A stretch of 62,634 nucleotides of DNA, the filler included. It is 6 parts of 6 records of this genome, joined end to end, with 100 filler letters (N's around TTAATTAATTAA, not from the genome) between each part and the next. Parts side by side here need not be neighbours in the genome. Positions count along the whole stretch, not along the records: positions 1 to 13,665 come from DRR378314_1930; 5 more parts are not named here. One strand, 5' to 3'. The notes under the pieces were generated by a model. That model was not told where the DNA came from. It did not search any database and saw only the letters and a list, made by a program, of their open reading frames with translations. Position 1 is the stretch's first letter; every line of letters starts with the position of its first letter. A program made the position numbers and the translations under genes. Positions 1 to 11,128 of this stretch are shown in pieces.

Positions 1-31
1 AAGGAAGAAAGGAAGAAAGGAAGAAAGGAAA
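1..31. repeat. (AAGGAAGA)n simple repeat at contig start, inside a VPS35L intron
   Basis: aaggaagaaaggaagaaaggaagaaaggaa is nearly four copies of an 8-bp unit. Confidence 0.8.
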
Positions 32-109
32 TAATCAACAGTAAGATCCATTTCATTTCCCGCAATACCCGTTGATCGCATTAACGGAAGCTTTCGCATC
101 GCTTCGCAC

Positions 110-3100
110 CTTGGTCGCAGCGCCGCGTCCGAGTTCCGAATCAGCGCCACGAGCGTCGCAGCGGCACTCGCCACATGATCAGCACTGAACGCGCGGATTA
201 ACGCATCGAGAATCAATGCATTGTGTTCACAATGCGCCACGATTTGTTCCACGACCTGACGGAACAGGGTCTGTGAAGCATTTGACGCGAGACTCTCCAT
301 CACCCAGTCCACGGCGGGACTGAGCAGGTTCAGGTACTCGGCCACGGTCATGTACGAACGAGCGGCGAGTTGCTGGAACGACTCGTTATGTGCTTCACGC
401 ATCGTGAAAAGCATGTCGAGAACGAGGGCACGATGGCAAGGAAGGAGCGATGGCTTTACCTCGCGGACCTGAAAGTGGCGCGACGACGGAGTGGAACGGA
501 CACGACGAAACGGGCGAATACAACGCGGTGAGACGAACAAGTACACGAGCGAGGAACAAGAAGCAAGAAACCAGCACGTACAAACACGAACAAAACTGCG
601 AAACAGTTACAAAAGAGACTCCATCTTGGAAGCACAGGAGCGTTGGAACGGTCACGCGGAGGGTAAAGGAGGAGACATCAGCGGAAAAAAGGAACGAAAT
701 GCAAGAGCGATGAGGTGTCGGTATTGCAGGAAAGGGCAACGCGTGTGCAGCCAACAACGAAAAAAAGAAAGAAAAAAAAGGAGAAGAAGAGGACAACGAA
801 TTGAGAGAGAACCTTTGCCAGATAGAACCTCTCGAATAAGATTATTCGAATCTTGGCTCCACCTCCCATTCCACTTTGCTTCTCTGCTTCACGCTGCCCA
901 AGAACCAGTTTCTCTCTCTCTCTCGCGCGCGAACAACAACAATCCATCGCTACTTTGTCCAGTCTCCGCTATATCAGCCCTTCTCTTTTCATTAAGAACA
1001 TTCTCATTCTCACCTTGCGCGCGAGGTAGCACCGGGCGTACGAAGCCATAACCGGATCGCCGACACCGCGAATCATGCTCGCTAACCGCATGAAAATGTG
1101 CGAGTAATCGTCCACATGTAAAAACTGATAACATCTCACAATCGCCATTTCGACATACAGTCGCGGAAGAAGTTCAAGAATCGAAGCGATTTTGAAGAAC
1201 CAGTTCCGACACGTCTCTCGCGCGTCATCTGTAACGCTTCCCGCGTGCAATTGAGCAGCAGGTAGATCTACAACAGCACGTGATACGGATACGTGAAAAC
1301 GGAAAGAAATCACAGCATAGTACAAACAAAAAAATATGAGAGAAGAAAAGAAAAAGAAAAGCGCGAGAAGAAGAAAAACGGAGGATCTACGTCTCTGTCT
1401 GCGAGTCAGTGAGTTCCGTAGCCACTCTCTCGCTCTCCCACTCTCAACCTCGCGCAAACTGTACCTTTTCCGCCAGTTTCTGTGTGCTTATTCATGATCC
1501 GCTTGAACACAAGACGACCAAAGTTGTCAAGAAGCTCCGTAACAACGACGAAAATCGTGGGATATGCCTGCCATTGGAGCACAGAAAGGCGAGAACAGGA
1601 TTCAATGACAAAGAAAGTACATCCCAAACGTGCACTCGATGTTGAGCAACGAACAAAGAACAAATGCATTTCAATGTAAAATCCCCGACAAGAAACTAGT
1701 CCACACTCATCATTTTTATTTTTTTTGGCTTTCGCAATATAACTCAATACTGCACAAGTGGAAAATTCTTACGCTTGATGCAATGTAACAGTCAAATACG
1801 ATAACTGCAGCCATCGGGGGTGGAATATCTTACCTGCGGAACATCAACATTCTGAAGCAGCTTCGAGCACTGAATCACAATTTTCAGCGCCTTTACGCGT
1901 TCTTCATTCTCCCATGCACGCGTAAGTTCTTCATTCAACTCGTTTATATGCGTAACGAAATCTTGTTGCGTGAAACGAACTACTTCGTCCACTGTATCTC
2001 TTGCTTCTTCCATCTCTTCCAATCGCTGCTTAACCTGCAAAACAGGAAACAACAAGGCAGAGATTATGTGGACGATCAACTTTAAAAGGTTGCATATAAA
2101 TGCGTACGATACGCAGAGAATCGGGACGAAAAACACAGCTAAACACAGCAAAAGAGCAACGTGTACATCGTCGCTCACAAAATACAATTCAAAAGAAAGG
2201 GAAAGACAGAAGCAGAAAGCAGATCCGATGATAATCCCTTTCTCCTCTTCTCGTTTCCGAAAAAAAGGCTCAATCAGAATCGACATCATTGGGGGTTTGC
2301 TTCCAAACTTTACAATACAACAATCATGACAAACTCGCACATGAATACTGACAATTCCTTCGCCAAAACGAAGAGGAATGAGGTCATGAACGTGGCGAGT
2401 CGCTACTCCGCACCTTGTCCTGTCGTGGACCTTTGCGAAGGAACTCCTCAGACATGAAACTCGGAACCTCGATCTTCCCCGAAGTTCCAAACTTTTCGAG
2501 AATCTCCGCACGGCGTGGTTGCCACGGAAGAAAAGTCGCAAGCGGATCAATCTGGACAAAGGACATTGTAGTAGAAAAAGAGGGACCGATAGCAGCACAG
2601 AAAGAGAGGGAAAGAGAGCAGAACCAATGAGACATCAGAATGAAAACGAGACAAGTGTATCAATGCGACACAAAAGGGGAAACATGGTGACAGCATAGTG
2701 GATTCAGTATACAAGTGTAATGCTCATGGTTATCGCAGCGCATCTTCCTCGCTAGTTCAGCGACATCTTTCAGAGGTATACTGAGATGAAGATAACGATT
2801 GAAATGGATGAAGGAAGGCGAAGTGGGAGAGAAGAAAAAACGCTCAAACGAATCGCAAATAGCGCGGTCGCAAAGCCGATAGCCGCACTCAGCGGCGCTT
2901 GACTCTACAATATGGTTCTCTGTACGCTCAAAACATGTACGTAAGGGTGCAACGTATGGAGAAGAAGCCTACGCTAGGCAGCGCTCTTCTACTGCATTCC
3001 GTGACGTTCTATCCGGCACTTTCGCTCGATTACAACGTGCAGTTGTCGACAGAGACCTGTGCCGAGGGGTAAGATGCACAAGTCGTTCCGCGTGAGCCAG

Positions 3101-3462
3101 CGTACCGGACCAGTCTCCGCGGCAGCGGGAGCCACAGGTTCATCGCCCGCTCCGGCTACTGAAGAGGATAGTGGATCCACTGCAGCGCTTGCTCCGGCGG
3201 AGCTCAGCGGATCGGCGGCAGCGGCGGGCGACGCGGTCGGAGACGCAGTGGCAGCGGTTCCGCCGAGCGGCGACGCAGCGGCGCCGAGAGGGGACGCGAC
3301 GCCCGCGCCGCCGCCAAGCGGGTTCGCGATACGCGTCCCGCGGAGATCGCGAGCCACAGAGCGACGGAACGAATTCGTAGCACGCTTTGGCTTTTCTTGC
3401 GGTTTGTCCGCAGGTTTCGACGGCGGGGAGCCGGACTCGTCAGCAACATTCAGCGATGCCAT
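110..3462 (-). CDS. VPS35L: VPS35 endosomal sorting factor-like (Retriever subunit, C16orf62 family); at least 6 exons, 3' truncated
   Basis: Exons join through GT-AG introns. They read MASLNVAD...DPL repeats (3462-~3105), [103 protein letters not shown]...[19 protein letters not shown] and [13 protein letters not shown] (469-110). These are characteristic VPS35L blocks. Confidence 0.9.
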
Positions 3463-5192
3463 GGCAGTCGCCAGCGATCCGCGCTACCCAAGAAAGACAA
3501 ACAGGCAAACACGATCGCGACGTGGTCCTCTTGTTTGTCAGTACTCCATCGCACACCTCGGACGAAAAGGTTCACCCTCACAACGATGAGACAACATACA
3601 CGAATATAAGTATACCAAGGCATCATGCAGATCTAATACGGGCTGCCAGGAGACAGGCGCAATGCCTTGAGGAGCGGTAGTTCTGTAGCTGCGGCGTGAA
3701 GGCCCCCCCAAGTGCACAGCGGCGCCGCTCACCTTTTTCGCCTCGGCTCGCTCCAGCGGGTGACCGGCCGTCACCTTTTCGCTGGGCCGCTTCAGGTTTT
3801 CCGTCTCTTCAGCATAATTGCGACGGTGCTCTTTCCTGCAAGTTCGATGGCGCACGCACGTGTATTGGGTTCAGAACGCGCGTGCAGTTCCGGCAAGTTG
3901 CAGTTGTCGCGCCGCGTAAAGGCGAGCAAGTGCCTTTGGGCTTCCGCACGTGCCGTAACGCGCAGACAAGCACCCTGGTGGGGAGATACGACGCCAGCAC
4001 TCCAGTTTCGATTCGATAGCAACCTACTATCATGTCCATAGATATGCGGCGCTGCGCTAACACGCAAGAAGAAGCCGGTGCATAATCGCTATTCTATGTC
4101 GGCCTCGCACCGGCGCGCACGAGACCGCCGTCGCTCCGCCGCGAAGGAGCGCTGGAGGCTCGCGCCCAGCCGCTCTGTGCAGCGCCCGCTCTGACTCAGT
4201 ACAAAGCAGGCTCTCCCACGCATCCCGGTACCCCCGTTTTCATTCCCGAAGGAAGTATACAACGCATGCGCATTGAAGCAGTGGACAAAGACGGCGGAGA
4301 AACAAACGCGACCCGAGGGCTTCCATCGTCAATGGTGGTACAAAAGCGGGGCGCAAGCTCGCCCGCACGACTCTCAGAGCGCAGCGGCGTCGCCGCACTC
4401 TCCCGAGCGACATATGCACGAACGCACCACTCGTAATCCGGCATCGCGGACGAGGAACAGCAATGCTCGGGAGTATACGCAACACTCTCTAGCGTCGTAC
4501 GTTGCTACAGCTAACGAAAAGAAAAGCCGCGGGGCGCGGTTTACGGAGATTGCGAAGGCGCCAGACGGACGGGGCGAGGACGCGCCAGAGTGAGAGGGCT
4601 CGGGGACGCGCTCGCGGCGCGGACCGGGCAGCAGGACCAGCGCGAGCGCCGCCACGCGACGAATCCTACACTTGCAAACCTAGTCCATAAACCATTGCGC
4701 GGCTCGAGGAGCTGCGCCCACCGCGGTGCGGAAGGTGGCGCATCGCTTTGTCTCTGGCACGTACTTTGCCGCCACCGCAGTGGCGCAAATCAGCGGTATA
4801 CTCACACCGGGGATTGATCACGGGCGGGTTTGGTTCTGTAAGTGCATTGTGAAGAGAGACGTTTGCTACGATGCTGGAGCGCTGTGTACGGCAGCGGGCG
4901 CGCGCGCAGCGCCGCTTCACCGTAGTCATCAGGTCACTGACTTCGTGTAGGTGTAGGGTTACGAGCCCTTCCCGCATGTGCGCAACGTCGCGGCGGCGGG
5001 GCGCACCTGCGAGGGAGCGTGACGTGGGTGGACGGCGGGTTTCCTGTGCCGTCCCCTCCCCATCTCGTGCGAGATTTGGAAGCCTGTGCTCCATTCTTAG
5101 ATTCAAAGATACTGAATGGGTATCGCGATATAAGTTGGTGCTGATCGTACTTTGTCTTTTCTGCCACCTCTCTCCAAGGGGTACTCGATTGC

Positions 5193-8091
5193 ATGGGAGG
5201 TCTCGAGGGCGCTCGTGGCAGCGAGTCGAGCCCAGAGACAGTACCTCTCGCGACACGCGCCTCTGTCGCTTCATGGCTTGTACTGGCTTGTTTTTCCTTC
5301 ATATCTTTTGTTAGCTCCGAGGTAAGAAAAGTTCTATAAGTAATGGGTGCTGTCATGGTCAAAGCGTACCCGAATTTCGTACCGCAAACGCGGTGGCGCT
5401 CCGCTGCGCGGGCTCGACTTGCACCGCTGCTGCGCTGCAGTGGTCACGAGCGCTCTCGAGTGGGCCCCTTGGTTGGAGTTGCGGCCGAGGGAATTCGAAT
5501 TTGCCGCAGAAAAGTGCCGACCTCGGTATGATAGAACTTGCGTACATCGCGTTGCATAGCGCGGAATATTGAAAGTAGCGGAAAGAAGCCCGGGTGCTGT
5601 CCTCCGGTCAAGAGGGGTAAGGAACCGCGCAGTGTCGTGCCTCCTCAGGCGTGACCTCGTCGCTGCCGTTGCCGCCTGCAGGTGTGGATATGCTTCTCGT
5701 CCATGGAAGCACAGGTGCGGCGGACATATGGAATCAGCGCGCTCGCTGTGGACAACCTCTCGACCGTTTTCATGGTGCGTAGCTGCTGGCATAGGTATGG
5801 TGTAAGAGTGCGTTGGCTTGGAACCTCGAGGATGCGTTGCGTATGCGGGAGTAGGTTGCCGCGATAAACAGGGAGAAACGCGCTGCACGTCCGTCGGCGA
5901 CGGCGCCGCTGCGCTCGCTCGCCGCTCGCCGACGCGCGCCGTGTTCTCACGCGCCGCGGCCTCTGCTTCCCTCGCTCCAATCCGTCGTGGTAGGCCGTTA
6001 CTCTGATACTCACACCATTCAGCGGATACTTTCTGAGTTTTGGAGCACCGGCGGGCTCGCCTTCGAAGTCTCTCGCTGCCTTTGGCCGCGCGCTCCTCGC
6101 CGGCGCAACGTGCATGGGAGTCGGAATGGGAGTGCAGGCGGCGTTCCCGCGCAGCTACGCGGCGCTCCTCGGCGGCCAGGTGCTCAATAGCATTCCGCAG
6201 GGGATGCTGCTCTCTTCGCCTGTCGTCATCTCGCACGCACTCTTCCCGCCAGAACACGACAATGTCATTACCGCTGTGTCGTACGTTACGCTCTCTAACG
6301 GCTTGCGGGCGCGGCACGTGGTGCTCGAAGCGCACCGTGCGCCCTCCGCCTCTCAAAGGCACTGGCGCGCAGTACATTATCCTTTCCCGAGCGCTTCCGC
6401 CTCCTTTAGGCGCGGCGAAGTCAATTTCCATGCGCCGATCGGTACTTGGGAGATCCATCGCGAAGGATTTCCATGCCACAGTGGCATCCGGTACAGGGAA
6501 TGGCAGAGTGGCTGTCTCTCTTACACACTTCTTGGACCGAACTTGCGTTCTTGATGTTGCGTTTCTCGCGCGTTTCCATCGGCTTCTGCAGGTCGCTTGC
6601 GAATCCGATAGGAATCGCCGCTGCGTTTGTCATCCCCGCTTGGATATCACACACACGCGACGACCATGGTACGATTTTTTTCTTGTTTTTTTCCCATCAC
6701 GGATTGCTTGCTCATAAACAAAAGGTGATTGGTGCGAGTGGTTTCCGTCTACAATTTTTTTTGTTGGTTTTTCGCCAACGGGTTTTGCCGGAAAGCACAC
6801 TCGGGTCCGCCGCTACGCAGCGCAAGATAGATTCTTTTCTGCGCGGTCGTCTATGTTCCGCTCGCGCAGCACGTTTGCAGTGCTCAGTTGCAGTCATCCA
6901 CATCGCTGCAGAGTTTGCAGTGCTCATTTGCAGTGCTCAGTTGCAGTCATCCACGTCGTTGCAGAGTTTACAGCTCATTTGCGGTGCTCAGTTGCTGTCA
7001 TCCACGTCGTTGTCGACTTTTCTTCACACGCGACCGGCGAGTGAAGTTTCTCACTCGCGTTCTCCTTCCCTTGGCTCTGCTGTATCTCTGCTGTTGCAGA
7101 TAGTGTCGACATGCTCCTTCGTGTCAATTTGGGAGCTGGCGTGCTGACTGTGCTTGCTGGTGCGGTAGTATGGCGATCGTGCGGCTACGCCGCTCGCCAT
7201 CTGCCGCCCAATGTAAAATCGACGATTCTGGAGCCTGCAAAAACGAAGCGCGAAATCCGCAAACAGTTTTCGCTGCTCTGGACCAACGTTGGATACCGGT
7301 GGCTCTGCCTTTCTTTTGGCCTTGGTGCGCTGCAAAGGGCACGACGGGCGGTCTCGTTCCGAGATCGCTATTTCGGACCGCGGCGTCGCGTTTCCAGCGA
7401 CGGAGGCGAGCAGGAGCTTCGTTCTCGTTCTCCTCTTGTTTCTGTATTTGCTTGCTGCGACAGTTGCGCTTACGCAAGCGTTTCTCCCGCTTGCGCTTGT
7501 GCAGGGCTCGGCGTTTTCAACACTATGATTACTCTCTTCGGAAGTCTCGAGCACACGTGCGACGGGCGGTACAACGCGGGCGTTGCCGCGTACATGGGCG
7601 CGCTCCTGATTGCTGCGGGTGCTGTGGGCGCCGCAGTCGTCACACCGCTGGTTGACCGCGGTACCGTTCATGCTGCCACTGCACTGCGCAGTCTCCTTCT
7701 TCTCTCTACTGTACTTTTAGCTGCGTTTGCGTGGGAGCTGGTGTCGTGCGCGTCGTCTAGCGTGGTGGTCATCACATCGTGTCTTGTTGGGGCCGTAGCC
7801 CTACCGATTTTGCCGATAGCGATGGAGTTCGCGGCCTCGTTGGCGCCCCCGCATGTCCATCTTGCCGCGCCAACAGCGTTGTTGATGGTTGTGGGTCAGA
7901 TCTCTGGTGTTGTGATGGTGGAGTCGCTTGGCTCAGCGCCGACGCGCAAGCTTCCGAGCGCGTGCTGGGGCCTCGTTGGGGCAACGGCGCTGGCGGCGTG
8001 GGCCGCGCCGTCGCGCCGCCAGACCTCGCGGAGGAAAGAGGCGCCGGATGCTACAACGATGCCCTTGCTTGCTGGAGACGCTTGTGATTGA
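5193..8091 (+). CDS. Spliced MFS transporter, FLVCR/SLC49-like
   Basis: Exons read MGGLEG...SWLVLACFSFISFVSSE | VWICFSSMEAQVRRTYGISALAVDNLSTVFM | ...ALLGGQVLNSIPQGMLLSSPVVISHALFP | SLANPIGIAAAFVIP | ...GLGVFNTMITLF...GAVGAAVVTPLVDR...LPILPIAMEFAASLAPP. The start codon is tentative. Confidence 0.75.
6874..7012. repeat. Intronic minisatellite, about 2.7 copies of a 51-53 bp unit
   Basis: The unit tttgcagtgctcagttgcagtcatccacrtcgytgcagagttt... starts at 6874, 6927 and 6978. Confidence 0.9.
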
Positions 8092-8646
8092 CAGCGCTTC
8101 TGTATTGCGCTGGTATCCGACTGTGTACACTACAAGAAAAAAAATACAACGATTGCACGCGCGAAGACAAGTCTTCCGCAGCTACTTCCCGATGGGCCTA
8201 CTGGCGCACTCCGAAACCTTTCGCTGCGGAACTCATTTCGCGCTTGCAAGTCGTTGTGCATCAAGATACGCTATGGAACGTGTTCCGACCGTGCGGTGAT
8301 CAGGTGCGAGGGCCGAGACATAGAGCGGAATTAGCGGCGGAACGCGGGAGGACCGGCGGCACAGTCGCTGCGGCAGCGATTTTCCGTTTCTCCCCTAGTA
8401 TGGGAACCGTTACCTCCAGCGCGACGCCACATCGGGCGCACCCGGCGCGCCGCAGCTCCGGGCGCTGGCGCCGCTCTGCGCCTCGCTTGCGGGCGACCCT
8501 CTGCTCCCAGGATCGCTCGGGTCGCCGACTTCTTCCGCATTGCGCAGAATTTCATTCCATTTTACTCCGCGTAGGGGCCGAGGGGTCTGGTTCTCCTCTC
8601 CGCGCTGTAGACGGGCTCCTTTCTCACACGCAAAGCGCTTGCTTCT

Positions 8647-9785
8647 ATGGCCGGTTCTGGCCGAGCGAGCGCAGCCCACCGCCGCGTGGAGGCGCTCGCC
8701 GCACACGTGAGTGCTGGTCCCAAAAGTACAGCGCAGCAGCAGCAACGTCTGTACGGTGATATAGAGCATGATCGTTCGTTTCAGATTCGGGCGCTTCAGC
8801 GACAGGATTACGACAAGGGGTACACAAAGCTGCTTGAACAGCTGACGACTACGGGAAGCGTGTCACGAGACGCTTTTGAGAGCTTCGTCGAGCACGTGAA
8901 TCGGTCCCCGTACCACCACGTATACGTCGTCGAAGACACAAAGCGAGGAGCTGTAGTTGCCAGCGGTACCATTATCATTGAACATAAGGTCGTTCATTCA
9001 GCTGGGAAGGTGCGTTTGGACGTGAAGGAGACAAGAGCGCGCTTAGCACACGCGGCGTTCCACGTTCCCTTGGCAGCCCGTCTGGACGCCTAGCGCGCAC
9101 GCCACGCGCGAGCGTTCTCCTTTTGGGTTTTCACGTATGCCAGGGAGCGCCCTCGCCCGTACAGTTCACCAAGAATTTGCAGCGAATATATTAATTCACT
9201 GTGGTCTTCATGATGGCCGTTTCCTTTGAAGTGCGCCGATTCACGCGAGGTCGGTGTGCAGCTGTGTCGCGGCCCGCCCTGTGCCTCTTTGCTATGCAAC
9301 GGGGATACGCTGGCGATTGAACGTGTATCCGAAAGAGAGGTGTAGCACGCGTTCTTACGTTCTAAACGCTCATTTCTAACTCTTATGTACCGCGTCACGT
9401 CTTTGTGTGGCTTCTGTGTAGGTTGGGCATATTGAAGATATTGTCTCCGATAGCTCGGTGCGCGGACGCGGCCTCGGGCGGCGCATAGTGAACCACCTCG
9501 CGGAAATCGCACGCAGAGAGCATTGCTACAAGGTGTGTAGCGTCCATACATAACCATCGGTACACACAGGCCTATATGCATCATTTGTAGACGGAGAGAC
9601 TGCGCGCGCACCTTGTCTGTATTACTGTGTCGCTAGTGGGTATGTGACAGACGGGCGCCGGTGTCCTGCTGCTCGGCGCCTGCTGTTTTGGGCAGGTGGT
9701 CTTGGATTGCGCGGAGCACAATATCCCGTTTTATCGAAAGTTGGGATTCCAGCAAAAAGAGGTACAAATGGCGAAATACTTTTGA
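8647..9785 (+). CDS. GNA1: Glucosamine-6-phosphate N-acetyltransferase (GNAT), 3 exons
   Basis: Exon 1 (8647-9009) has IRALQRQDYDKGYTKLLEQLT...IEHKVVHSAGK. Exon 2 (9422-~9532) is VGHIEDIVSDSSVRGRGLGRRIV...HCYK. Exon 3 (9696-9785) is VVLDCAEHNIPFYRKLGFQQKEVQMAKYF*. Both introns are GT-AG. Confidence 0.93.
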
Positions 9786-10241
9786 GGGTATCGTAGCGGC
9801 GATTAGCTTTCTTGGTCGCAAGGGCCGTTTGTTGGAACGAATACCGGCGCTTGTCGGAGACTACGCTATGACGTCAATTCTACGTGCGAGGTAGCACAGG
9901 GCTCGTTTTCTGCTGGTCTGCGCTGTCTGCGGCCGCGTATATACCACAGGAGGATGATGTATGCAGCTACTTGGCGTACTTATGGTATTTCCACTAGGTC
10001 TTTGGAAATCGAAATACATGTCGCATAGTGAAATGTCGGTTGTGGTTGCAGAGCGGTGGTGTTCACCAGCGTTCTCGCGATGGATCGTGCAGTATTCGAC
10101 TTCCCGATGGCCATTCTTTATTCATGCGCACAGCGTTTGTCATCCGTCAACTACGAACACGAGAATATGCCCCACGTTGCAGACACCGCTTGATGGCGTA
10201 GTTTGCGTTCTTTTGGCCACAAACTGTGGCGCAGCTCTTGC

Positions 10242-10900
10242 TCAGGAGTCTCCAAGGCAGTCAGAGTTTGCGCCGTTCAAAGATTGCTCTGTTGGTAGAT
10301 ACGGACATTCTTTCCAAAGCAATGCACAAACTGTATGAACGAAGAAATGTAAGAATTCACCATGTACACTCTTGAATGCGCGTGGCAGCGAAATCCGTGC
10401 TATCAAGTCACAAATCTGTTCCGCGGGCGTGCGAGCGTCATCTGCTTTGAGCGTTGCCGCACCATGCAAAGCTAGCGCGCCAGCGCGCCCAATCTACGGG
10501 TAAGATACTAAGGTGCGCTAGCGCACGCGATGCAATTGGACGCTTTCGACACGACGTACGTGGCCTTGCTCGTGTCAGACAGCTGCTTTTCTGCGTGCAG
10601 CGTATAGATTTCGTGTGGAACATCGCGTGCGGCGCGTCGCGGCATTATCGAACCTCAGCGCGCCTTTCGCGGCGGCAGTCGCTCGCGCTTGCGCGTACCA
10701 CCATGTCTGCATAGAATTGAACAGATGCAGAAGCACAGTGCAGTGCTGCTGCCTCTTCGGCGCATTTCGCGTGCGATCGACGTTTTGCTCACCGTCGCGG
10801 CAGACGCGCGACTTCCCCGATCGTGGTGAACGTTTCCTCGTCTCCTTTCGCGCTTCTGCACCGATGCGCGCTCGCGGAGACGTTGGCAACTCGCTCCATA
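10242..10900 (-). CDS. Possible small spliced gene of unknown function
   Basis: An AG/GT-bounded exon IGRAGALALHGAATLKADD...AFKSVH joins in phase to EQSLNGANSDCLGDS*. Upstream exons are unresolved and no homology was recognised. Confidence 0.25.
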
Positions 10901-11128
10901 GCAGCAACAGGACACCAGTACCTCTTGACTTCCACGCGCAGAGGCGCATCGCGCGTTTGCCGCGGCAAAATCGGACCGCAGGGCCAGGTGGGCGCGACGC
11001 CGGTTCCTTTACGCCGTTCTGCGCTCCCGCCGTGCTCTCTCGCGCGCTCGCGCCGTTTTCGCTGCCAGCCCGCGGGCGCGCTCGCCCTTTTGTGGGCCGA
11101 TTGGCGGTTTGCGCAGCGTGCGGATACC

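Noticed and set aside
3600..5100. GC-rich stretch with overlapping ORFs and possible hairpins
   Set aside because: No snRNA, tRNA or protein motif was recognised, so no call can be supported.
5334..6479. 381-aa minus-strand ORF
   Set aside because: It is antisense to the MFS exons, Arg/Ala-rich and has no domain, as expected for a GC-rich shadow ORF.
6874..7012. Short repeated units resembling a CRISPR array
   Set aside because: The units are tandem with no unique spacers, lie in a eukaryotic intron, and no cas genes are present.
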